From assembly GCA_944372325.1 (NCBI GenBank), contig CALVYR010000002.1, positions 11,729 through 75,728 on the forward strand: DNA of 64,000 bases. The letters run 5' to 3'. Positions 18,742-28,085 of the stretch are shown here, in pieces; position 1 is the first letter of the stretch; each line of letters starts with the position of its first letter. The translations under genes and the position numbers were made by a program. Origin of the DNA: an uncultured Clostridia bacterium. GTDB taxonomy: Bacteria; Bacillota; Clostridia; Christensenellales; UBA1242. A model generated the notes under the pieces. It made no database searches and was not told where the DNA came from. It worked only from the letters and a program-made list of their open reading frames with translations.

Positions 18742-19355
18742 TAAAACTTTTTTATAACACCTATTACTTTTCCTAAAATTTCAAGCTCAAGAGTGTATAT
18801 AGGGAAGTGTAGAGGGTTTTGAGGTTGAAGCCTAAAACCATTTCTTTCTCTATAAAATTTTTTTACCGTTGTTCCGCTATCTAGCCTTGCAACAACTATA
18901 TCACCATCTTCAGCTGTATTTTGCACTTTTGCAATGATTGTATCGCCGTTGCTAATACCAGCATCTTTCATACTATCTCCAACTACTTTTAAAAGGAATA
19001 AATCTTGATCTGTTCCAAAAAAGTTTTTAGATATAGAATAAGTTTCAATTAAATTTTCTTCTGCCATTATGGGCTGACCGCCAGCAATTTTACCAAGAAG
19101 AGGAAGTCTAACCATTTCCATGCTATTTTTAAGCATCTTTGTTTCATCTACAATTTCAATAGCACGCTTTTTTAAAGGATTTTTTCTAATTAGCCCTCTG
19201 TTTATAAGTTTGTTTATATAATAATCTACCGTATTTACAGATTTTAAATCTAAATAACTTTGCATTTCTCTGTAGCTTGGAGTGTAACCATGCTGACATT
19301 GATAATTTTTTAAATAAGTTAAAAGTTTTGCAAGGTTTACTTCACTCTTTTTCAT
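18741..19355 (-). CDS. lexA: LexA repressor
   Basis: 204 aa. N-terminal wHTH (GYTPSYREMQ), S24 autopeptidase Ser (GDSM) and Lys (TVKKF). Confidence 0.9.
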   Translation of the reverse strand: MKKSEVNLAKLLTYLKNYQCQHGYTPSYREMQSYLDLKSVNTVDYYINKLINRGLIRKNPLKKRAIEIVDETKMLKNSMEMVRLPLLGKIAGGQPIMAEENLIETYSISKNFFGTDQDLFLLKVVGDSMKDAGISNGDTIIAKVQNTAEDGDIVVARLDSGTTVKKFYRERNGFRLQPQNPLHFPIYTLELEILGKVIGVIKKF

Positions 19356-19391
19356 AGGTAACTCCTTAAATTAAATTGCTCTCTTTGTTTT

Positions 19392-19431
19392 AAAATACCA
19401 TAAAATTAAATATTTGTCAAACATTTGTTTT
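19392..19431 (-). promoter_or_regulatory. lexA promoter with an overlapping degenerate SOS (Cheo-type) box
   Basis: Minus strand: TTGACA (19415-19420), 17-nt spacer, TGgTATTTT (-10 at 19392-19397). The palindrome AAAACAAATGTTTG (19418-31) has the form AAAC-N4-GTTT, against the consensus GAAC-N4-GTTC. Confidence 0.45.
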
Positions 19432-20461
19432 AATTTCTTAATTTTACAATCTCTGCTACTGAGCGTCTTTTATCTTCGCTTATGGCTGCATAATGCTTTT
19501 TGGTGGTGTTTACATCTTTGTGACCTAAAACATCTGCAACTATGTAAATATCTCCAGTTTCTCTATAAAGATTTGTACCATATGTACTTCTAAGTTTATG
19601 TGGAGATATTTTTTTAAGTGGGGTTACAGCTCGTGAATATTTTTTAACTAAATTTTCAACTGCGCGAACTGTAATTCTGCGGTTTTGAAGAGAAATAAAA
19701 AGAGCTTTTTCTTCTGGAGGTAATTTCTTTTGCTCGCGCACCTCAAGCCATTTTAAAAGCGCTTCTTTTACTTCTTCGCTAAAGTATAGGATAACTTGAT
19801 TTCCTCCTTTTCGTGTTACTTTAAAGGCGTTATTATCAAAATCGATATCCTCAACATTTAAACCTACACATTCGCTAACACGAATACCAGTGCCTAAAAA
19901 TAGTGTGAGCATTGCCACATCTCGTTCTTGGGTGTGTTTGTTAAAACCTTGTTGTTGCTTGGTTAGCAAATTTGGGTTTTCTGCTTGGTTTATAAGCTTT
20001 CCAACCTCATCAACCTCTAGCCTTAAAATATCCTTTTGATGAATTTTAGGTGTGCTTACTTTGCTGGCTACATTTGAAGAAAGTTTTTCTTTATTGAAAA
20101 GATACTTAAACAAACTCCTTATGCTAGAAAGTTTTCTTGCTTTACCTTTCTCACCATTTTTATAATTTTTCCCATTAAATGTATAATAGGAAAGGTAGCT
20201 TAGATATGAACTTATGTCATCCGCCGTCACTTTGTTTAATTGTTCGAGAGTTAATTCTTCAGGTTTACACACAAATTTAAATCTTGCTAAAAAATCAAAA
20301 AACACCCTTAAATCCATGGCATAGTTAAGCCTTGATAATGTTGATGTATAAGGTTCTAAATCTAAAAAATAATTAAAACAAAACTTAGGAAGGCTTTCCA
20401 TATACCTAGAAAGCTTTTCTATATTACTTCTATCTCTATCTTGAAAATAATTTGAACTCAT
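19430..20461 (-). CDS. Tyrosine recombinase (XerC/XerD-like integrase family)
   Basis: 343 aa. The C-terminal catalytic blocks HKLRSTYGT and LGHKDVNTTKKHY give the R-H-R-Y signature. Upstream of lexA in the same orientation. Confidence 0.75.
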   Translation of the reverse strand: MSSNYFQDRDRSNIEKLSRYMESLPKFCFNYFLDLEPYTSTLSRLNYAMDLRVFFDFLARFKFVCKPEELTLEQLNKVTADDISSYLSYLSYYTFNGKNYKNGEKGKARKLSSIRSLFKYLFNKEKLSSNVASKVSTPKIHQKDILRLEVDEVGKLINQAENPNLLTKQQQGFNKHTQERDVAMLTLFLGTGIRVSECVGLNVEDIDFDNNAFKVTRKGGNQVILYFSEEVKEALLKWLEVREQKKLPPEEKALFISLQNRRITVRAVENLVKKYSRAVTPLKKISPHKLRSTYGTNLYRETGDIYIVADVLGHKDVNTTKKHYAAISEDKRRSVAEIVKLRN

Positions 20462-20489
20462 AAATATATTTTAAACTCTTTTAAAAAAG

Positions 20490-20518
20490 TTGTCAAAAGA
20501 TTTCTGTTGTGATATATT
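20490..20518 (+). promoter_or_regulatory. SigmaA-type promoter of serS
   Basis: TTGTCA (20490-20495), 17-nt spacer, TGaTATATT (-10 at 20513-20518). Only about 30 nt of leader before AAGGAGA-ATG. Confidence 0.45.
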
Positions 20519-20551
20519 TATTTTTAATAAATTGTTTATAAAGGAGAAATT

Positions 20552-21826
20552 ATGTTAGACCTAAATTTAATTAGAGAAAACCCAAAATATGTGCATGATG
20601 CATTAAAAAAGAAAGGGTGGGATGTAGACTTTTCTAATCTTATCAAACTTATTGATACTAGAAGAGAGCTTATAGTTAAAGTAGATGCTTTAAAGAATGA
20701 GAAAAACAAGTTGTCTGCTTCCGTTCCAGTTGTAAAAAAACAAGGTGGCGATGTAAACGCTATCTTTGCTAAGGTAAAAGAATTAAATGCTGATATAGAA
20801 AAACTAGATGAGGACTTAAAAAACTGTGAAAAAGAGATAGATGATTTTGTAAGCCCACTGCCAAATATGCCAGATGAAGATTTACTTCCTGGCGAAAAGG
20901 AAAATAATAAAGTTATAAAAACTATTGGCGAAAAGCCTAAGTTTAATTTTAAACCAAAGGATCATGTTGAACTTTGTGAAAAACTAGGAATTATAGACTA
21001 TTCTCGTGCTGCTAAAATTAGTGGCAGGGGAACTTGGATATATAAGGGGTTAGGAGCAAGGTTAGAGTGGGCACTTATAAACTACTTTATATCTGAACAT
21101 TTAAAAGACGGTTATGAATTTATTTTGCCACCACATATTTTAAATTATGAATCTGGGTATGTTGCAGGGCAATTCCCTAAGTTTAAAGAAGATGTATTCT
21201 GGCTTGAAAATCAAGAGCCTAAAAAGTTTATTTTACCAACAGCCGAAACAGCTTTAGTAAATTTGCACAGAAATGAAATCTTAGAAGAGGATGAGCTTCC
21301 TAAAAAATATTTTGCTTATACTCCATGCTATAGGTGTGAAGCAGGTAGTTATAGAACAGAAGAAAGAGGAATGATAAGAGGCTATCAATTCAATAAAGTT
21401 GAAATGGTTCATTATGCTACAGAAAAGAATTCTAAGCAGAGTTTTGAAGAACTTGTAAATAAGGCAACGAGCCTAGTAGAAAAACTTGGGCTTCATTTCC
21501 AAATATCTAAACTTGCAGCTGGAGATTGTTCTCACTCTATGGCAAGAACTTATGATATTGAAGTTTGGATACCAAGCATGGAAGTTTACAAAGAAGTTTC
21601 TTCTGTAAGCAATGCTAACGACTATCAAGCTAGACGCGGTGCAATTAGATATCGTGATAAAGAAACTCATAAAACAAAATATTGCCATACTTTAAATGCT
21701 TCTGGTCTTGCTACTTCAAGGCTTTTCCCAGCCATAATAGAGCAATATCAAAATGAAGATGGAAGTGTAACAGTTCCTGAAGTGTTAGTTCCATTTATGG
21801 GTGGTATAAAAGTTATTAGACCTTAA
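20552..21826 (+). CDS. serS: Seryl-tRNA synthetase
   Basis: 424 aa with an N-terminal coiled-coil arm and a class II core (TAE..L, YRCEAGS.., NASGLATSR). Confidence 0.9.
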   Translation: MLDLNLIRENPKYVHDALKKKGWDVDFSNLIKLIDTRRELIVKVDALKNEKNKLSASVPVVKKQGGDVNAIFAKVKELNADIEKLDEDLKNCEKEIDDFVSPLPNMPDEDLLPGEKENNKVIKTIGEKPKFNFKPKDHVELCEKLGIIDYSRAAKISGRGTWIYKGLGARLEWALINYFISEHLKDGYEFILPPHILNYESGYVAGQFPKFKEDVFWLENQEPKKFILPTAETALVNLHRNEILEEDELPKKYFAYTPCYRCEAGSYRTEERGMIRGYQFNKVEMVHYATEKNSKQSFEELVNKATSLVEKLGLHFQISKLAAGDCSHSMARTYDIEVWIPSMEVYKEVSSVSNANDYQARRGAIRYRDKETHKTKYCHTLNASGLATSRLFPAIIEQYQNEDGSVTVPEVLVPFMGGIKVIRP

Positions 21827-21836
21827 AAGGAAGTAT

Positions 21837-22778
21837 ATGGGTGTTTTTGATAAGCAAACTATAATTGGTTTTACTGAGCCTATTAACTATGAGATAATAG
21901 AAGAGAATTATTCTAGATTACTAGAGATTCTCTCTTCTGTTATGTCTGACCTCAGTAAAAGAAATGCTGTAATAAACCCAGACGCAGAAGTTTTGCCAAT
22001 AAATGAATTTGCAAGTGGTGCTATAACCCCAATTTCAAATTTAGATGTATTTCTAGTAATTAAAAGCCCTCAAATAGAATTGAATACGGTAAAGATTACA
22101 AAAAACAAATTTAGGTCGTTTTGGGAGCGTTTAAAGCTTGCATGGAAAAGGTCTAGAATTAAGAAAAAAAGAAAAAGAAGAAATAAAAAATTAAACGATC
22201 AAACAACTTTGACCTCTCAAATCAAAGGGAAATATGATATAAATGATCTTTGTTTAGACCTTGTAAATAACATATCAAATTATATTACTCCATTAACAAT
22301 AGTTAGTTTAACTAATGCTATAGTAAATATAACAGGTGACGACTTTACCTTTCCTGTAAATATTTTTCCTGCAATAAAAAAGGGGAATGTCTATTCTGTA
22401 TACAATAAAATTTTAAATAAATTCTATGATTACGATTTTACACAAAGATTTGAAAACTTAAGAAGGGTAGCTTTTGGAAAAGAAGAAAAAGTTTTAAACT
22501 TAATTAAAATTTATAATATGCTCTATTTCAATTTATATAACAAACATTTATATCAACCCTTTGTTGAAAGTTTAATTTATAATCTTCCAGAAAACACTTT
22601 TGATAGTGATGATATTTATGAAATTTTTATTAGGTCTATAAACTTTTTAAATAATGCTCGATGGCAAGATTGTGTATCTATTTTAGATAACACATTGCCA
22701 ATGTTTAAAGATCAAAGATTAAACATGAATTTATATGAAACTTTAGATTTTATAAAGAATGTTAAAAATAATTTATAG
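21837..22778 (+). CDS. Hypothetical protein, degenerate Pol-beta/CD-NTase-like nucleotidyltransferase fold with poly-basic insert
   Basis: 313 aa. ASGAITPISNLDVFLVI resembles hG[GS]x9-13DhDh with the first Asp replaced by Asn. FPVNIFPAI resembles the hDhhPa strand with Asp replaced by Asn. Insert WKRSRIKKKRKRRNKK. C-terminal helical region follows. 10-nt and 9-nt gaps to serS and cmk. Confidence 0.35.
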   Translation: MGVFDKQTIIGFTEPINYEIIEENYSRLLEILSSVMSDLSKRNAVINPDAEVLPINEFASGAITPISNLDVFLVIKSPQIELNTVKITKNKFRSFWERLKLAWKRSRIKKKRKRRNKKLNDQTTLTSQIKGKYDINDLCLDLVNNISNYITPLTIVSLTNAIVNITGDDFTFPVNIFPAIKKGNVYSVYNKILNKFYDYDFTQRFENLRRVAFGKEEKVLNLIKIYNMLYFNLYNKHLYQPFVESLIYNLPENTFDSDDIYEIFIRSINFLNNARWQDCVSILDNTLPMFKDQRLNMNLYETLDFIKNVKNNL

Positions 22779-22787
22779 GAGAAGGTT

Positions 22788-23447
22788 ATGCTAAGTGTTG
22801 CTATTGATGGCCCAGCTGGGGTGGGAAAAAGTACGGTTTCAAAACTGGTGGCAAAAAAATTAGGTTGGCACTGTTTGGATACAGGAGCTCTATATAGGGC
22901 AATAGCAGTTGCTTGCCAAAGGGCTAAAATTGACATCAATAATATAGATGAAGTAAAAGCTTTATTAAAAACAATTGAAATAGATGTAAAGTTTAAAGAT
23001 GGTTTACAGCATACTTATTTAAATGGTGAAGATGTAACAAAATATTTAAGAACAGAAGAAATAGATATGCTTGCTTCTGTAACTTCAGCTTATAAGGAGG
23101 TTAGAGATAGCATTATAGACCTGCAAAGAAATCTTGCTAAAAAAGAAAATCTTGTGGTTGAGGGAAGAGATATAACCAGCAATGTTTTAAAGGATAGTAA
23201 AAATAAATTTTACCTTGACGCTTCTCCAGAAGAAAGGGCAAACAGAAGATATAAGGAAAGATTAGCTAGAGGAGAAGAAGTTGATTATCAAGATATCTTA
23301 GAGGATTTAATACAAAGAGATAAAAATGATATGACAAGAAAAATTGCGCCACTTGTTTGCACAAGTGACTCAATTAGAATTGATACTACTAAGCTTACAA
23401 TAGATCAAGTTGTAGATAAAATGCTTGAAAATATTAAGCTTAATTAA
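22788..23447 (+). CDS. cmk: Cytidylate kinase
   Basis: 219 aa with the P-loop IAIDGPAGVGKST and LDTGALYR. Confidence 0.9.
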   Translation: MLSVAIDGPAGVGKSTVSKLVAKKLGWHCLDTGALYRAIAVACQRAKIDINNIDEVKALLKTIEIDVKFKDGLQHTYLNGEDVTKYLRTEEIDMLASVTSAYKEVRDSIIDLQRNLAKKENLVVEGRDITSNVLKDSKNKFYLDASPEERANRRYKERLARGEEVDYQDILEDLIQRDKNDMTRKIAPLVCTSDSIRIDTTKLTIDQVVDKMLENIKLN

Positions 23448-24168
23448 TTCCGCCGTCAACTCCAATAACTTGACCAGTTATATAACTAGAGTTAGCTAAA
23501 AACAGTGCAAGCTCAGCAACATCACTTGGAGTTCCAAGTTTGTTTAAGCTTGTATTTTCTTTAAATGCATGGATATCTTCACTAGAAATATTATTATTTA
23601 TGTCCGTTTGTATAAAGCCTGGAGCTATGGCGTTGACAGAGATATTCATTCTGCCATATTCTTTTGAAAGCGCCTTTGTAAAGCCTATGCAGGCAGATTT
23701 TGATGCAGAATATAGTACTTCACAAGAGCCTCCAACTAAACCCCAAATAGAGGAAATATTTATTATTTTTCCTTCTTTAAATTTGAGCATATTGTTTAAA
23801 ACAGCTTTTGTTGCAACTACCATGCTTTTAAAGTTGGTATTAAAAATATAGTTATAATCTTCCTCATTACAATCTATAAATAATTTTTGTAATGCAACGC
23901 CTGCATTATTTATCAATACATCTATTTTTTTAAATTTTAAAATCACGCTGTCAATAAAGGCTTCAAGTTCGCTTTTATTACTCACATCGGCCTTTTGATA
24001 GTAAACAGTTGCACCTAATTTTGTAAGCTCTTCATTTAATTGGTCTGCTTGTTTATTAGATCTATTATAGCAAAATGCAACATTATAGCCATGCTTTGCA
24101 AAAGTTCTTGCACATTCAGCTCCAATACCTCTTGAAGCGCCTGTTATTAAAACGGTTTTTTCTTTCAT
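23440..24168 (-). CDS. SDR-family oxidoreductase (FabG-like)
   Basis: TGASRGIG cofactor motif, NNAG and the YSASK catalytic motif. I prefer the internal ATG at 24168 (MKEKTVLITGAS) over the ORF-track start at 24213, because a TTGACG-17-TAAAAT promoter lies inside the extension. Confidence 0.75.
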   Translation of the reverse strand: MKEKTVLITGASRGIGAECARTFAKHGYNVAFCYNRSNKQADQLNEELTKLGATVYYQKADVSNKSELEAFIDSVILKFKKIDVLINNAGVALQKLFIDCNEEDYNYIFNTNFKSMVVATKAVLNNMLKFKEGKIINISSIWGLVGGSCEVLYSASKSACIGFTKALSKEYGRMNISVNAIAPGFIQTDINNNISSEDIHAFKENTSLNKLGTPSDVAELALFLANSSYITGQVIGVDGGIN

Positions 24169-24255
24169 AAAACATATTTTACTACAAAAAGTTTTATTCG
24201 TCAAACAAATCAAAATCCTTGATTTAATTTAAGAAATATTATATACTAAATAAGT

Positions 24256-24921
24256 ATGATTTACTTTTTATTTGCATTAAGTTCAGAGCTGAGTGTTTGG
24301 GAAATATTGGCCTTTGTGCTTGCATATTTTTCAGCTGTTTGCATTGGTATGTCTGCACATGAGTTTTCTCATGCATTTGTTGCAACAAAAATGGGTGATG
24401 ATACTCCAAGACTGCAGGGCAGGCTAACGCTTAATCCGTTTGCACATGTTAGCGTGCTTGGAATGCTTTGTTTCTTACTTGTAGGCTTTGGTTGGGCAAA
24501 ACCAGTTGAAGTAAACCCACTTAAATTTAAAAGATTTAGAGCTGGAATGGCTTGGGTTTCAATTTCTGGTATTTTAACTAATATTATCCTAGCCTTTGTG
24601 TTTAGTGGACTATTTTACTTTAGTTTATTATTAAACCCAACTAATTTATTTTTCTTTTTCTTACAATATTTCTTATTATTCTGTTTTTCTATAAACATAG
24701 CACTTGCAATCTTTAATTTGCTTCCAATTTATCCATTAGATGGCTTTAATTTTATAAAAAGTTTTTGCAAGTATGACAATAAGTTTGTTGTTTTCATGGA
24801 AAAGTATGGGTCTATAATTATGTTAATAATTTTAATTACACCCATTTTTGACTTATTCTATTCCTATGTTGTTGGAGGAATTGAAACATTATTTTTTGGC
24901 TTTTGGGGGCTATTTCTATAA
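24256..24921 (+). CDS. Site-2 protease family (M50) membrane metalloprotease
   Basis: 221 aa, polytopic, with HEFSH (HExxH) and NLLPIYPLDG (NxxPxxxLDG). Confidence 0.75.
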   Translation: MIYFLFALSSELSVWEILAFVLAYFSAVCIGMSAHEFSHAFVATKMGDDTPRLQGRLTLNPFAHVSVLGMLCFLLVGFGWAKPVEVNPLKFKRFRAGMAWVSISGILTNIILAFVFSGLFYFSLLLNPTNLFFFFLQYFLLFCFSINIALAIFNLLPIYPLDGFNFIKSFCKYDNKFVVFMEKYGSIIMLIILITPIFDLFYSYVVGGIETLFFGFWGLFL

Positions 24922-25664
24922 TGGAAGAGAACGTTCAGGAAAATATGTTTGACGACAAATATAAATTTAAGCTGGATAATTTTCAAGGTCCACTTGATTT
25001 ATTGTTGCATTTAATTAAAGAAGCCAAAATGGATATAGCCGATGTAAAGCTTGCTGATATTACAGAACAATATCTAGACTATATGCAGGGCTTAGAAGAA
25101 CTAGACATGGAAAGAGCAACTGAATTTATAACAGTTGCAGCCACACTTATAGAAATAAAATCTAAAAGTTTACTTCCAAGACCTGAGGAAAATCTTCCAG
25201 ATGAAGTGGATGAAGAGAAATTACTTCTTGAGCGCTTAAAGGAGTATCAAATTTTTAAAGAGGCCAGCCAAGACTTAAAGAAGATAGAAGATATAGATAA
25301 ATTGTATAAAGCGCCAGACTCTAGTGTTGGAGCACCTAGGTTCGTGCTTAAAGATATGGTTTTAGATAAACTTTTAGATGCTTTTGTAGCAATACTTGCT
25401 AGAACTGACGAAAAGGTAATGAAAGATGAACCTAAAAAGATAGAGAAGGATAGATTTACCGTTGCAGAAAAAATTATATCCATAAAAAATTTGATAAGAG
25501 AAAACAAACATTTAAAGTTTTCAGAACTTTTTGAGGAAGATCAAACAAAAAGTGAATTGATAAACATCTTCTTAGCCGTTCTTGAACTTTTAAAACTTCA
25601 AATAATAAAAGCCGTTCAAACATCGCCATTTGCGGAAATAGAAATTTTTGAAAATGAAAAATAG
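24921..25664 (+). CDS. scpA: Segregation and condensation protein A
   Basis: FQGPLDLLLHLI motif. I prefer ATG 24921 (TAATG overlap with the upstream stop) over the TTG at 24903. Confidence 0.85.
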   Translation: MEENVQENMFDDKYKFKLDNFQGPLDLLLHLIKEAKMDIADVKLADITEQYLDYMQGLEELDMERATEFITVAATLIEIKSKSLLPRPEENLPDEVDEEKLLLERLKEYQIFKEASQDLKKIEDIDKLYKAPDSSVGAPRFVLKDMVLDKLLDAFVAILARTDEKVMKDEPKKIEKDRFTVAEKIISIKNLIRENKHLKFSELFEEDQTKSELINIFLAVLELLKLQIIKAVQTSPFAEIEIFENEK

Positions 25665-25672
25665 GAGCATAC

Positions 25673-26356
25673 ATGATAAAAAATTTAAAAGAGATTATAA
25701 AAGCAACACTATTTGTAGCTGGTGAGGGTATACAGCTTTCTGCTTTTAGTACGCTTGAAGATTGTGATATTAAAGAGGTAAAAAAAGCAGTTGAAGAACT
25801 AAAAAAAGAATTGAATGATGAAAATGGTATTCATATAATTGAATATAAAGATAAAATCCAGTTATGTTCAAACCCTGTATATTCTAGTTATATATCTGAA
25901 ATTTTAAATCCTATTAGAGAAAAGGCTTTAACTAAAGCAGCGCTAGAAACTTTGGCAATAATTGCCTACAAACAGCCTGTAACAAAGCTTGATATAGAGG
26001 AAATTAGAGGTGTAAATTGCGATTATACCGTACAACTTTTAACAGAACATAAAATGATAGAAGTTGTTGGTAGAAAAGATGCTGTTGGTAAGCCATTATT
26101 GTTTGGAACAACAGATGAATTTTTAAAGAGGTTTGATTTAAAGGATATAGATGAACTTCCAAATTATGAAGAACTTTTGGAAAGAATTGCTTTAATTAAA
26201 ACAGAAGATGAAAACACTTCAGATAGTTTGTATAACGATTTTAAATTGCCAGAGGAAGAGGAAGTGCCAGAGTTCTTGCAGGGTGAAGATGTAGAGATGT
26301 TTACAAGTGGTGATGAAAATTTAGATCAAGGAGTAAATCATGGAGACGCAATTTAA
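25673..26356 (+). CDS. scpB: Segregation and condensation protein B
   Basis: 227 aa with tandem wHTH domains (LETLAIIAYKQPVTKLDIEEIRGV) and an acidic tail; follows scpA. Confidence 0.85.
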   Translation: MIKNLKEIIKATLFVAGEGIQLSAFSTLEDCDIKEVKKAVEELKKELNDENGIHIIEYKDKIQLCSNPVYSSYISEILNPIREKALTKAALETLAIIAYKQPVTKLDIEEIRGVNCDYTVQLLTEHKMIEVVGRKDAVGKPLLFGTTDEFLKRFDLKDIDELPNYEELLERIALIKTEDENTSDSLYNDFKLPEEEEVPEFLQGEDVEMFTSGDENLDQGVNHGDAI

Positions 26357-27371
26357 TTTAGAAGAAATAGACAAATCTTTTCAAACCTATTCTGCGGGTA
26401 AAATGGTAGAAGGTGTTGTAATATTAAAGCGTGAAGATGGTGTTATATTCAACATTGGTGGTAAGCGTGATTCATTTATACCTAAGGATGATTTTTCAAA
26501 TTATGAACAAGTTAAAATAGGGGATAGATTCAAAGTTGTAATAACAAATAAAAAGAGTGAAGAGGGAATGATAATAGCCTCTAAGGCCCAAGCAGATGAC
26601 ATAATCATAGGTTCACAAACGGCAGAAAAAATTAAGCTTGGCTCTAAATTCACTTTTGTGGTATCATCTATTAAAGATGGCGGACTTTGTTCAAAGCTAG
26701 GGGAATATGAAATATATGTTCCAGCGGACGAGGTATCAAGCAAAGAAATAGGTTATGTTGGTAAATTAAAGAATAAGCAACTTGAAGCCATAGCTATAGA
26801 AATAAATAGAGAAAAGAAGACTATTATAGCCTCTGTAAAAATGCTTTCAGACCAAATTGAAGAGCAAAATCAAAAGGCTTTTTGGTCAAGTATATTTATA
26901 AATAAGGTTGTAGAGGGAACTGTAGTTAGAATAGTTCCTTTTGGTGCCTTTGTGAATGTTGGAGGAATAGATTGTTTGCTTCACATTTCAGATATTTCAT
27001 ATGATAAAATAAATAGTGCTGACGAAGTTCTAAAAGTTGGAGAAACTAGGCAATTTAGAGTAATTAAAGTTGATAAAGAAAATAAGAAGGTATCTCTTGG
27101 TTTAAAGCAACTTTACGATAATCCTAAAATTGCGCATATAAAGGAACTTAAAGTTGGAGAAAAATATAAAGGCGAAGTTATAAAAATTTTGGCATTTGGT
27201 GCGATTATTAAATTAGAAAATGGCGCAGAAGGCTTATTGCATATATCTGATGCTACAACAAAAAATGATGCGAGGATATATCAAATAGTTAAACTTGGTC
27301 AAATTTTAGAAGTTGCAGTTAAAAATGTTGATATAGAAAAGGGAAGATGCAACTTTAGTTTAATTGACTAA
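26340..27371 (+). CDS. S1 RNA-binding domain protein (four S1 repeats, RpsA-like)
   Basis: 343 aa with repeated G.V.G.V....GA.V motifs (e.g. VEGTVVRIVPFGAFVNVGG, YKGEVIKILAFGAIIKL). AAGGAG RBS. Confidence 0.75.
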   Translation: METQFNLEEIDKSFQTYSAGKMVEGVVILKREDGVIFNIGGKRDSFIPKDDFSNYEQVKIGDRFKVVITNKKSEEGMIIASKAQADDIIIGSQTAEKIKLGSKFTFVVSSIKDGGLCSKLGEYEIYVPADEVSSKEIGYVGKLKNKQLEAIAIEINREKKTIIASVKMLSDQIEEQNQKAFWSSIFINKVVEGTVVRIVPFGAFVNVGGIDCLLHISDISYDKINSADEVLKVGETRQFRVIKVDKENKKVSLGLKQLYDNPKIAHIKELKVGEKYKGEVIKILAFGAIIKLENGAEGLLHISDATTKNDARIYQIVKLGQILEVAVKNVDIEKGRCNFSLID

Positions 27372-27980
27372 TAACCAAAATTTAATATTTTCGTTTTGTT
27401 CAGCCCTTGTTGAAGCTCTTCCATGGCCTGGATATAAATTATTAAAATTTAAACTGTCAAGCCTTTTTAGGCTTGATTTTTGTTCTAGGCGGGAAGAAGT
27501 CGGAAGGTCTGTTCTTCCGACTGTATCTGCAAATAATGTGTCGCCACTAAACAGATTATTGTCTATTAAAAAACAACTGCTACCTGCAGTATGACCAGGA
27601 GTTAACAGGCATGTCATTGCTAAATTTCCAAATTTTATAATTTCATTATCTTCAAAAGTCTCTAAATTTTCTAAGTTTGTATTAAATTTAAAGACCTTGC
27701 CAAAAATTATAGCTAAGTTTAATTTGCTACTATATAAAGCCTTTTCATCGATTTTTGATACATATACAGGGCAATTAAAAAAAACTTCTATTTCATTTAA
27801 AAATAGAATGTGGTCATAGTGAGCGTGGGTGAGAAGTACAGCATCTAATTTTTTTGTATATTTTTTTAGCTCATCCAAACTAATTCCTGCATCTATTAAA
27901 ATGCAAATATCATTATCTATTACTAAATACGAGTTTTGTTCAATTACATTTTTTCTATCATTTAAAGTTAAAATTTTCAT
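27360..27980 (-). CDS. MBL-fold metallo-hydrolase (glyoxalase II-like)
   Basis: 206 aa with THAHYDH, PGHTAGS, GDTLF and PGHG. Confidence 0.75.
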   Translation of the reverse strand: MKILTLNDRKNVIEQNSYLVIDNDICILIDAGISLDELKKYTKKLDAVLLTHAHYDHILFLNEIEVFFNCPVYVSKIDEKALYSSKLNLAIIFGKVFKFNTNLENLETFEDNEIIKFGNLAMTCLLTPGHTAGSSCFLIDNNLFSGDTLFADTVGRTDLPTSSRLEQKSSLKRLDSLNFNNLYPGHGRASTRAEQNENIKFWLLVN

Positions 27981-28085
27981 GAAGTTATATTATCATAAAA
28001 AAGAATAGGTTGTAAAGCGTTTATTTGTTTAAATTGTATAAATAAAAGCGTAACACATACTATATATAGTGCATTACACCAAAAT

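Noticed and set aside
19430-20461. Tyrosine recombinase as a marker of a prophage, ICE or genomic island.
   Set aside because: No phage or conjugation genes flank it, I saw no flanking direct repeats, and composition is the same as the surroundings. It sits between serS and lexA like a chromosomal Xer-type recombinase.
27981-28085. Possible terminator or hairpin after the GNAT gene (GTAACACATACTATATATAGTGCATTAC).
   Set aside because: The pairing is interrupted by several mismatches and the U-tract is weak. It is not convincing enough to annotate.
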